Shown here: positions 42,860 through 53,540 of the stretch, one piece after another
Layout: every line of letters starts with the position of its first letter
Numbering within the stretch: position 1 is the stretch's first letter
Source: Nemertoderma westbladi
Taxonomy: Eukaryota; Animalia; Xenacoelomorpha
Length of the DNA: 53,540 nt
Assembly (NCBI GenBank): GCA_032718475.1
Contig: JAUCBJ010008329.1
Span: 1-53,540, forward strand
Reading direction: 5' to 3'
Notes under the pieces: generated by a model
What the model was told of the DNA's origin: nothing
The model's input: the letters and a program-made list of their open reading frames with translations, nothing else
The model's database searches: none
Made by a program: the position numbers and the translations under genes

Positions 42860-44640
42860 TTATTAATAAAATGAGACAACACAATAAAATTTGTTCAGAA
42901 CACAGGAGAGCACAGTATTAGTATAAATTGCGGAGTATATTGTAAATGTGACTCCATTCATAGCGAATAGCTTCGAAATAAAGTTACTGTCCATGATAGC
43001 CTTCATGGATGGCATGGGAGGATTGACCCGTCCAAGTAAGTTCTCCCGGTCATATCTATAAAAATCATACATCGCAGCATTGGCAGACTGTATCGCTTTC
43101 TGGCGGTTTGATAGACGCTATCCAACCCGATATAGGATGAATATGATTCACCAGTCAGTGACGAGTTGGTTAGCAGTGCAGAGTTGAGAGATGTACCCAG
43201 GTGTAGGTTTGGGCAGTCAGCAGCGCAAATAATTTTTCTTACAGCATCTCGAGAGGCTTCCATTGATATTGGTCTTATCTGGGTAACGTTCATAAAGTGT
43301 TTCGTTCGATACATAATTCCCAACATTCAACAGCGACCTCAGTTGTTTCCTATAGTGTGCGTCAATCCGGTCAAGATTGGTGACAGAGAGTGCTCCAAAG
43401 ATATATTGAGTACGGTATAATATTACTGGGACAGCGGCTGTTCTCCAAAGCAAGGATATCGTTTCAGCAGGATAGTGTCTCGTAGTCCATCACTTTTGGT
43501 AAAAGATTCCACAGTACTGTGATATAATTTTCCGTATTTTATCAACTGGTGTTGAGCTGCCTCAGCCTCCAATATTGACACCTAGGAAGCAGAGACTGTT
43601 TGACTTCACATACTTGTGGTTATTAATTTCCAGGAAAGGTGGAGATGAGGTCTGTATTCGCCACGAAAGTAGAGTCCAATGTATTTTGTCCGGGTCTATT
43701 TTTAATTCTATTTTTCCAAGCTCTAATGTAAGTATGGTAGACAGAAGTTCAATAGTCGATGGTGATGAAGCGAGTAAGCCAATATCATCTGCATATGACG
43801 TTGATCCCATGTTTACGTTAAACACTCTGTGTCCTTTACCTGACTGGTGTAGTGCTGCAAACACATCATTAAGAAAGAAATTAAATAGGAGCGGTGAGAT
43901 AAGGGACCCTTGTTTAACTCCATTGTACATAACAATACCTTCTGAGTCAATTAAAGAGTTGAATTTTAGAAACATGATCCCCTTATTGTAATAGCTCCAT
44001 AGGAGTCTACATATGAAAGGGTTGATGTGATCACTTAGTTTATCAAATAGTATACAATAGTTAACACTATCGAATGCCGAGGCCACATGAAGTTGACAGA
44101 AGTAGCTAGGGGATCCCTGTGATTGGTACAGCTCGATGCATTCTAAGATATTTACAACAATAAGGTCCATTCCAATGCGCTGTTGGTATGCCCACTGAGT
44201 ATCAAACGGTATGAGAATGGTTTCGAGATATTTATCAAGAATTGTGGCTTCCATTATTTTGTCAAAAATAGATATCGAAGATATAGGTCTGTATGACGTT
44301 GGACACATAATATCTTTGTTTTTACCTTTGTATATACAGGATACCATCGTTTCTCCAAATATGTCAGGGACATATCCAATTCGAATACAACTATTTAGCA
44401 GACTGGTAATTAAGTTGAAGATAATGTGATCATTGGCGTGCAGTATCTGTTCTACTGTCAAACTTCGTGCGTCTGGTGCCTTGCATTTATTAAGTGAAGA
44501 GATAGCTCGCTTAACTGTGACAGTTGATAATCTGGGGGCGTTCTCACTTGATGTTTCACATGAGTTATTTAATCGTTTCTCTAGATTTGACCTCCTGTCG
44601 AGTTGATCTTTGTTCGCTTGAAACTTAGCTTACATATTTT
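42860..44640 (-). pseudogene. RTEX-like LINE (RT and C-terminus), 5'-truncated and decayed
   Basis: YKGKNKD...SYRPIS, SAFD, QGSLISPLLF and YADD. Protein-level similarity to 48568-51259. Confidence 0.8.
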
Positions 44641-46194
44641 TGTGCAGACTCGACCTCATGTGTATTCCTGCACATGTTTGTTTGCCACCCAGAAGATACC
44701 TCCAAAATTGTTTAGGATTAGCCCTAGTGTTAGTAGTCTTGTGTAGCAACCATCAATTCATTGTTCAAGTGATTTGGTCAGTGTCCAGGTCTCACCCCCG
44801 TATAAAAATACACTTTCCACTGTGGCTCGAAAGAACTTAGTCTTCAGGTGCCTGGAGAGATCTGATTTCCAGATGGTATCCATTTTTGAGAGAGCTACCC
44901 AAGCCTTTGCTTTCCTAACTTCTATGTCCTTTTTGCTACTCTCTATCCATGATCCTAGGTACTGGAAGTTGTCAACCTTCCTTAGTTGATTATTATCAAT
45001 GGTTGTCAAGTTTCTATCAACATTAAAAGTCATGAATTCGGTCTTGGTAGCATTTATATGCAATCCAACCTCCTTAGCAGCCCTCTCCACTTTATTAATT
45101 AGAAGCTGTGCATCTGCTAGCTTATTAGAGAGCAGGGCGATGTCATCCACGAAGTCAGTGTCTGTGACTGTAGTTGCCGGATATCTACTACTTCTGCATT
45201 CTTGAAGTGTGAATCCCAGATCTTCACCCTTTGTGGCCGTCCTCATTGCATAATCCAGTACAATTACAAATAGTAATGGTGCTAATGTGTCACCTTGCAG
45301 TATGCCAGCCAGGATTGAGAAAAACTCAGTTTCACCATCTGGTGAGAGTACCTGTGCTTCTGTGTCACAATATAACAATCCAATGCCAGCAACGATTACT
45401 TCTGGTATTCCATAAGCTGTTAGGATTTCAAACATTTCACCTCTATGGATGGAGTCGAATGCCTTCTTGAAGTCCACAAAAGTCATGACTGCGGTGAGAT
45501 TCTTTGACTTAATTCCTTCAATCAGTCTCCGTAGTGCAAGTATCTGAGCTATTGTTGATCTACTTGGTCGAAATCGTTTTGGCTCTTACGCAGTAGTTTC
45601 TCTATGTGAGGCCTAATCCTATATATAATCAATCATTTTATTGTATATTTTGGGAGCTACCACAAGCAGACAGATCCCACGACAGTTTTTGATATACTGA
45701 GGTCTCCTTTCTTGGGGAGAGGCTTTAGTTGATCTTTAGTCCAAATTGGTGGAGGCTTTTCCCCTTTTAACATCCAGTTGCAAACATTCAATAATGGTCT
45801 GTTTAGCACTCCTGTTTTCCATACCTCCACTGGGATTTCATCTAGTCCACTCGTTTTATTATTGGACATGATTATCATTTTAATGCTTCTTTGGAGTTCG
45901 GCAGGTGTGAAGTCCCCTGTCTCTATAGGTAGTGTCTTGTCATATATTTTCCTTGTAGGGCTGACCACATGTTTGGTGGCTGCCCAAGCAAGTTGCTGAA
46001 GTGATTTTTCCACTTCCCCACACGTTCTTCGGGACTATCGGCTTTAAGGCAATTTTTCCGACCAGATACCTCATTCACAGTTTGGCAGGTAAGTCTTGCT
46101 TGTTGCTGTATGTGAGCAGTTGTAATTGCTTCAATTTTATCCTGTATGTACTTTTCCTGGCTGATGTTGTAGGCCAATTTAAGATCATCCTTAG
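44640..46194 (-). pseudogene. RTE LINE fragment, family A (truncated at both ends)
   Basis: PLPKKGDL, FVDFKKAFDSI, GILQGDTLAP, FVDD, YLGSWI and FFRATVESVFLYG. Confidence 0.9.
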
Positions 46195-48570
46195 CCATCC
46201 AGAGATTTGGTGTCCTCAGCAGTTAGAGCCCAGCATGGACTCCCATAGAGGAGTACTGGAACTACTGCTGCTCTAAATAATCGGACCTTAAGTTTCCGAT
46301 TTATTCTCGGTGACTTCCAAATCCTGGAAAGCCTATTCAAGGCTGCCCATGCCTTTCCCTTACGTATTCGAAGGTCCTCACCTGACTTCCGTATCCATGA
46401 TCCCAGGTAACAGATATCATCCACATGCTCAAGCATACCATCTTTTGAGCTTATGCTCATCCGGTCAGAGACTTGCTGAGGACTTTCAAAGTTAACTGTA
46501 AAATTTTTGGTCTTTTAGGAGTTAATAAAAAGACCAACACTAGAAGCAGCCTGTTCTAATGAGCTGAGGAGCCGTTGGGCTGCCTCTAGTGATTCTGAGA
46601 GTACTCTTAAGTCATCAGTAAAGTTCTGACTTGAAAGTTCTAACTGATATAATAATCAGTTGGGTACTTAGGCAGGATTTCCTCGACTTCTGGAGCCAGT
46701 AGGTGTAGTTACCATCACCCCATCATCATTATGATGATCTAAGGACATGCGTAGAACATAGTCAACCATACTTATGAACAAGAATGGCTCAAGTGTGTCT
46801 CCTTGGAGGACTCCCCATAATACTTCAAATGGTTCTGTGTCACCATCAACAGTAGACACAAATGTTGTCGATCCATTGTATACTGATCTGATTGCTGCAA
46901 TAATTTTATCAGGAATCCCATATAATGAAAGTATGCTGAAATTATGTTGAAGAAGTCAACAAAAATAACAGCCAGATGCCTATCTTTCTTTTTTTATAAC
47001 TCTTCAATTATCCTTCTAAGTGCCAAAATGGGCTCCATGGTCCCACAACCTTTACAGAACCCATTCTGATTTCCACGGAGCAGTCTTTCAATGGGATCCC
47101 TGATGCGATTTAATATAGTTCTATTGTATAGCTTTGCAGCAATCTAGATCAATGAGATTCCCTGAAAAGAACCATAGAGTGTTAGGTTGCCCTTCTTGGG
47201 AACTGGCACCAACTTATGAGTTTTCATTTCTTGTGTGACTCTTGTTGTGCTGTACAAGTCTACTATGATGGAATAGATGAGCTTTAAACACTCAGGTATT
47301 TTAAAGACCTCAGGGGGAACACCATCTACTCCACTGGCACGATTGGTCTTAATGCTCTTTGCAGCAGCATTCACTTCTGCAAAGGAGATATCGCCAATAA
47401 GAATATCTGGGAGTACAGACTCAGACACTTTTACTTCTATACAGTTATCAGGCAATACCCGTCATTATTGAGGACCTTTTCAAAGTGGGTCTTCCAACCA
47501 TTGAGGCGATTGGCTGGTGATTCTGCCTTAACCATAGTGGTTGGTTGGCTTTTCCGCCCAGTAAGCAAGTTGATCGATTTCCATGCCTGGGATGATTGCC
47601 TGCTTTCTGTTGTCAGCATCATTGATGGCATCAACCTGTTGGTTTATTAGCTCCTGTAGATTAACAGAGTACTGCCTGTTCAGGGACCTAGATGCAGCCT
47701 TAACTGCATTCTTGGCCGCTGTAGTATGTTTGAGTCGGGACTCTTTCTGCACCTTATAGAGGTCATTTCGGCACTTCTGAATTATGTGGTTGTTGTTGTT
47801 CTGCTAGCACGCAGACTAAGTCTTATCTTGGCCACAATAAGGCAGTGACCACAGGAGAAGGGTCGAAGTGTAAATGCATTATAGTCTTGTATAGAGCTCC
47901 GGTATTGCCTACGAAACAGAATAAGGTCTATCTGGGACTTGTGACCACTGGATCCACTATGATTCCATAGCTTTCCAGTTCGCTTCTTGAACTGGGTTCC
48001 AGCTTCCAGCCGAAAACAATCCATTTCCAGATATAGAATCCTGAAGATGGATGCAATTTCGGTTAACACTATCGCTATAGACCCAGGGCGATGTAGGTGA
48101 TTGATGCAGACTTGCATTAAAGTATCCCAGGAATGTTAAGAATGCATGCTGATCCAATCCATCAGTAGCTGCTTGTAGATTGTGGTAGAATTTTGCACCT
48201 CCTCTACAGGGGCAACACTAGTTTGAGAGTAGCATACAATCAGAACCACCTTAGGAAACTTCTTAACCCATCTTCCAGAACATGAGAAGTGGCAATGGAT
48301 GATGCGGTTAGAGATTTGGTCTATTTTGTCCAATGCTGTTGGATTCATCAATAGACCAATTCCAACATTGCCACTATCATATGCTGATGCGAGGGCAAGT
48401 CGCCAACCGCCCCCCATGTCCTTAATCAGATATGTCTGTCCAGTCTGCATTCTGTGCTCTTGAATACCCACTGCGCTAAGAGAAAGCTTATCTGCCAAGG
48501 CAGTCAGCTCACCTTGTCGTATTGGGGACATGAGTGTTAGTGTGTCAACTGAGGCTAGTATAGTGACTTG
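46195..48570 (-). pseudogene. RTE LINE fragment, family B (endonuclease to RT, 3'-truncated)
   Basis: GIQEHR, QIDLIL, PVPKKGNL, QGDTLEP and YLGSWI, ending at SLDG. Confidence 0.9.
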
Positions 48571-51325
48571 CCTCAGATTCACCATGCCAGCAAACCAACC
48601 GATGAATATGAACACCACCTGAATCGCCTGGAATCCTTACTGCTTAATAACTCTGATGATATTCCATTCATTCTGTCAGACACAAACGGAGACCTCAGAT
48701 CTACACAAGGACCCCGATACAATAGGTACAATGCATCCACCTATATCCCATACCCTATATCCTATACCTTATCCCGCTTCCTGCATGAACAACACCTTTT
48801 TGCAGCGGATACATACAGTTGCTTCTCAGGTCCATTATCCACATACGCAGGGCCAACTTCCTCATCCTATATTGACCATATTCTTACAACAAAGACAGGA
48901 AGGTCACTCATTACCAATGGCGAAGTCCTTGATGATAATCCTGACCAAGATGGGATTATAAACTGCTCAGACCACAGACCTGTAATTGCTAACATATCGA
49001 TCATGGATAAAGGCAATGTCAATACTCGAATCAATCCCACCCAAGGATGGAAGAAAACTAAACAAACGCAGTTTAACTGGGACCGAGCAACGCCCCAACA
49101 GTTGTCAGATTATAACCAGAGGGTTAGTACCAAGTTAGAAGAGTTCTGGGCAACACAACATGCTAGCGCAACCTGGAAGGAGGACAACTTGGAAGCAGCG
49201 GCAGTCCAGCTTGAACAAATATTTCTCACAGCTTCATTAGAACATATACCAATAAAAAGGAACAGGCGCCAAGGACACCAGCACCGAATAAAATCTGCCA
49301 ATTTGGCCCAGCGGTCAAGGCAAACAAAACAGCTACACTCACTGTGGAAAAGAGCGGCACCTGACTGCGTCTTAAGTGCAAAGTTAGAGGAATCATATAA
49401 GGAGTCCAAACGTGGGGTCAGGCGACTCAAGAACTGGCTCCTCCGCAATAAAGAATCTCAAGAAGTGGAAAAAATCACTCAGCTGGAAAACAAGGATCCA
49501 CGAAATTTCTGGAGGAATATCAACCCAAGGGCCATGATTAGCCCGAATAAGGATGTGGAAGAGAAACTAATTAAACAATATAAAGAAACAGCACAGACAG
49601 ATGCAAACGGAAATCTTACACGGGAAGTGGAACATAATATATCAGTGGCGTGCCAGCACAGTAACATTCCTTCGGTGTCCAAAGCTACAGTACGGAGGGC
49701 TATCCTAGCCATATCCCCAGGGAAAGCGCCAGATTTTGGATCTTTAGTAATAGAGCACATACTCCTAGTAAGTCTGGACATTGCTACAGACACAATAGCC
49801 AAGCTATTGAATGCCTGTCTCAGACTGGGCAAGGTCCCCTCTTGCTTTGGCAGGACTGTAGTCATGAACATTTTCAAAGGAAAACAAAGGGATCCACTAA
49901 AAACCAACTCATTCAGGCCTATCGCCTCTATAAGCATTCTTTCCAAAGTGTTTGAGGCTGTGATTCTGTCAGAATACCTCATGGCACTTCCTAAACCCCG
50001 CTCGCAATTCGCCTATAGGAAAAGGTTGGGTACAGATATTAGTGTAGCAGTAATCATGGAACAATGGAGATGCAACGGGAAAATGGGAGGAATTCAATCC
50101 TGTGCAAGCTGGACATCAAGTCAGCATTCGACAGTGTCGAATTTCACGTTCTCCATGACAAGCTAATGGAAGTATTAAATCCCCATAGGAAAACAATGAT
50201 TCATCTGAAATTTGGGGAGTTGGTTGAGTCCATTGGAATCAAGTTGACTCGTGGCCTCAAGCAAGGTTCATTAATCTCACCTGTATTATTCACCTTCTAT
50301 ATCGGATTCTTACCAGATAAACTGAAGGAATCGGGATTCGGTCCAGGAAAACTGGCATCATACTCCCATCTCTTTTGTTACGCGGATGATATATTTTTAA
50401 CCGGGGAGTCAGTTAAGGATCTAGAAGATATGATGGTGATAATCTCTCGTGAACTCGCGAACGTGTGGGTCTATCTGTGGAAGGCTCAAAGACCGAATGG
50501 ACTTATATCCTAGGATCTGGACGTAATGGTCAGGGGATTCCATGTTTTCTTAAAATAAATGGTGTACTTATACAGCCAACAAAGTCATTATCATTCCTTG
50601 GCGTCTCACTAAATATACAAAGGACCGAAGTATTGAAGGAACTCAAACGATATCTAACAATAATCTCAGAGACCTTCCACCAGAAGGGTTGGACCGCAAG
50701 GAGAATAAACCCGAGCACACTTTTCGCTCTATGGAACACAGTGGCGGTCCCTTGGCTACTGTACAAGATGAGATTCCTGGTGGGACGGCTAACTGACAAG
50801 GAACTGCGCGAACTTGAAATTTCCTATAGGAAGGTGCTGCGTGGACTGATGCACGTAAGCTGCTACGTGCCAAATGCTGTTTTGCACAAGATTACAAACA
50901 CAACTCCAATCTCCGCCGTGATCGCTTATGACAACATGTGCTGCTTGCAACGAGCCTGCAATGGTCCGAATGCCACAGAATGTAATTTTCTTGTCTGTCG
51001 ATACCTTTCTCACGCAACAATTAAATCCCATGGTGGACTGAGCTCTTGTCAGCAAACTTGCAGCTCCCTGTATCCGCTTCCAAGCGTAAGGTCTCTCTGC
51101 ACGGCCAGGTATGACAGGAGACAACTTAGGACACGGGTCGAGTCAGGATCACTTACAATCCCAGAATTGGGTGGGGTGAATTTCATCCAAAACTGCTTTA
51201 GGTGCAATGCTCCCTTTAGTACCAAAAGAAGGCGGATCCAGCAATACTTTGACCGATAATTCGATTTGTCTGATTATGATTTTATTTGGATTCTATCAAT
51301 CTTAAGTTTAACTGATAATTTTATT
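48570..51325 (+). pseudogene. RTEX-like LINE ORF2, 5'-truncated within the endonuclease, two frameshifts
   Basis: DTNGD, YIDHIL and SDHRPV; FKGKQRD...SFRPI, LDIKSAFD, QGSLISP and YADD. Confidence 0.85.
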
Positions 51326-52640
51326 TGCTTTAGGTGCAATGTTCCCTTTAGACAGTGGCGGTCCCATGGCTACTGTACAAGATGAGATTCCTGGTGGGAC
51401 GGCTCTACTGTTGACGGTGACACAGAACCATTTGAAGTGTTATGGGGCGTCCTCCAAGGAGACACACTTGCACCATTCTTGTTCATTATTGTGGTTGACT
51501 ATGTTCTACGCATGTCCTTAGATCATCATAATGATGATGGGGTGATGATGACTCCACCTACTGGCTCCAGAAGTCGAGGAAATCCTGCCAAGTACCTAAC
51601 TGATCTAGACTTTGCTGATGACTTAGGAGTACTCTCAGAATCATTAGAGGGAGCCCAGCGGCTCCTCAGCTCATTAGAACATGCTGCTTCTAGTGTTGGT
51701 CTTTTTATTAACTCCAGAAAGACCAAAATTCTGACAGTTAACTTTGAAAGTCCTCAGCAAGTCTCTGATCGGATGAGCATAAGCTCAAAGGATGGTATGC
51801 TTGAGCATGTGGACGACTTCTGTTACCTGGGATCATGGATCCGGAAGTCAGGTGAGGACCTTCGAATACGTAAGGGTTAGGCATGGGCAGCCTTGAATAG
51901 GCTTTCCAGGATTTGGAAGTCACCTAGAATTAATCGGAAACTTAAGGTCCGATTATTTAGAGCAGCAGTAGTTCCAGTACTCCTCTACGGGAGTCCATGC
52001 TGGGCTCTAACTGCTGAGGACACCAAATCTCTGGATGGCACATTCACAAGAATGCTACGCAGGGTACATTGTGTCAAGTACAATGCACACATCTCCAACC
52101 AGACACTATATAACATTGGAGGTGTCTCATTGGTTCCCCCAAGCTTGACACTAGAACAAAATCGCCTCCGCTTTGCAGGACATTGCTTTCGCCGTGAGGA
52201 CCAGCCAGTGCATAATCTTGTACTTTGGCAGCCTCATGGAGTGAAAAAGCATGGTGGACAGCCCATGACTTTCTTGAGACGCATCTTAAAGGACACTGGC
52301 CTTAAAGATGCGGATGATCTAGCAAATGTCATGGGTGATAGGGAGTTGTGGCGGTGCAATTTTGTTGACAAGCCGGCACAGCATTCTTAAAAATGCAGCT
52401 GCAATGCAGCATGCCGATCCTAGTAGTAGTCCCTTTAGTACCAAAGGAAGCTGATCCAGCAATACTTTGACCGAATTGATATAGATTTGATTTTTATTTT
52501 AATGATTTTAAGCTTAACTGATAATTTTATTTAACACTAGTTCTAATCGTCAACATATTATATGTGTACCAAAAGAAGCTGATCCAGCAATACTTTGACC
52601 GATGTAATTGGATTGATTTTAATTGATATTTTTACTAATA
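51196..52640 (+). repeat. Three tandem copies of the RTEX-like 3' terminus (51196-51325; 51327-51351 plus 52439-52532; 52567-52640)
   Basis: GTACCAAA.GAAG..GATCCAGCAATACTTTGACCGA recurs three times. Copy 2 is split by an RTE insertion. Confidence 0.85.
51352..52430 (+). mobile_element. 5'-truncated RTE (family B) insertion with a 53-nt captured 5' tag
   Basis: QGDTLAP, FADD and RLRFAGHC; (TAG)3 tail; TSD (T)CCCTTTAG at 51343-51351 and 52430-52438. Near-identical inverted match to 46195-46855. Confidence 0.92.
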
Positions 52641-52842
52641 CTTGTCCTCAATATCACTATATCGTACGAACTATTGTCTGTATATTTCGGGTTGTATTTG
52701 TAAATATCTGCTTTAATAGTCTGTTGTTTATTTACTTTGCGTTGTCTTCCAAACATTCACGGTTCATATGTCCGTATTTACTCGATATGGAATTATAGCA
52801 AATTAAATGCCAGCCTGTCTGGTGCTGTGCCTCTGGGCACGC

Positions 52843-53385
52843 GACTACTACTACAATGGCTTGGTTGGTCGGGGTGGAACATGAGAGTAGCCTCCAATTC
52901 CAGAATCCCTCTCCCCCTCATAATCCTGGCTTCCCTGGTGAGCCAGGGTCATCAGGAAAGGGACTCACAGAATTGTTGGATGCTCGCTCTCCAGTAGGGT
53001 GTGAGACAGGCAGCTGGACAGGAGATAACTGACGCCTGTGAGGCCGATTGTGTCCAGCAATTGCACTGGCCTCTAGTGGCTGGACCTCAGCATTACTAAT
53101 GTAATCCATAGTAGGGGTTGGGGGTGCTTTTTTGCCCAGTCATCTCTCGGGGCAAATACCACACCCTGGTTTGCCATTCCACAGAGTGGGTGGGTGTCGC
53201 AGTGGAGTCAGATATGAGGCCCATCACCCATACCTATTCTGACGCACATGACCCACCATTGGCTGTGCACATCATCTGCTGGGCCATGCCCTGTACCCCT
53301 GCTGCCAGGTACAGGTCGCAGAACACTACACCTAACCAGCCATTACCATCGGCCTAGACAGGCCATATACCCCTATTTGCCCTAG
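52843..53385 (-). mobile_element. Probable non-autonomous, internally deleted RTE derivative
   Basis: The minus strand has GGAATGGCAAACCA..GTATTTGCC (an RTE/BovB 5'-UTR-like motif), a short ORF (52918-53109) and a (TAG)n end like the family-B RTE tail. The 5' boundary is uncertain. Confidence 0.5.
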
Positions 53386-53540
53386 AAAGAAGGTTCAATG
53401 CAGCCAAAGGTGGCACCTCCTTTATGCTACATGGAGGTGGCAAGTTTTATTGATCAATGACCTAGAATACCTGACCTGACTCGTATCATAAGGAAGGTAT
53501 TAAGCGAAAGATAAGCTAATTAAAATGGAGGTGAACACTG

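Noticed and set aside
52920-52960. Hammerhead ribozyme (minus-strand CTGATGA-stem-GAAG)
   Set aside because: It has GAAG instead of GAAA and no stems I/III or NUH cleavage site. It folds better as a simple hairpin.
1-53540. Unistrand (flamenco-like) piRNA cluster
   Set aside because: Element orientations are mixed across the window. Only 39177-48570 is uniformly minus.

Overview
This is an AT-rich animal (probably marine invertebrate) genomic window made almost entirely of nested transposable elements. I found no multi-exon host gene, rRNA, true tRNA or CRISPR array. From left to right it contains: (1) the 5' end of a minus-strand LTR retrotransposon (LTR 2770-3850, degenerate gag running off the left edge); (2) L2/CR1 and gag-like fragments; (3) a 63-bp satellite with inverted copies and two non-autonomous DNA transposons; (4) a decayed near-full-length two-ORF LINE; (5) a CR1-group LINE split by a Merlin transposon and by an intron-containing AcademX transposon, which itself hosts two nested TA-TSD elements; (6) a divergent hAT-related transposase split by a VNTR-bearing retroposon; (7) several MITEs and two tRNA/Meta-domain SINEs; (8) one intact orphan type II membrane-protein ORF; (9) an intact ~1000-codon CR1-group ORF2; (10) a chain of fused RTE and RTEX-like LINE fragments. 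The best leads are a candidate tRNA-independent self-priming signal at the LTR, a locally templated 53-nt capture at an RTE 5' junction, the chain of 3'-truncated LINE fusions, the VNTR retroposon and the orphan membrane ORF. Family names come from recognising motifs, TIRs and TSDs by eye, not from database searches.
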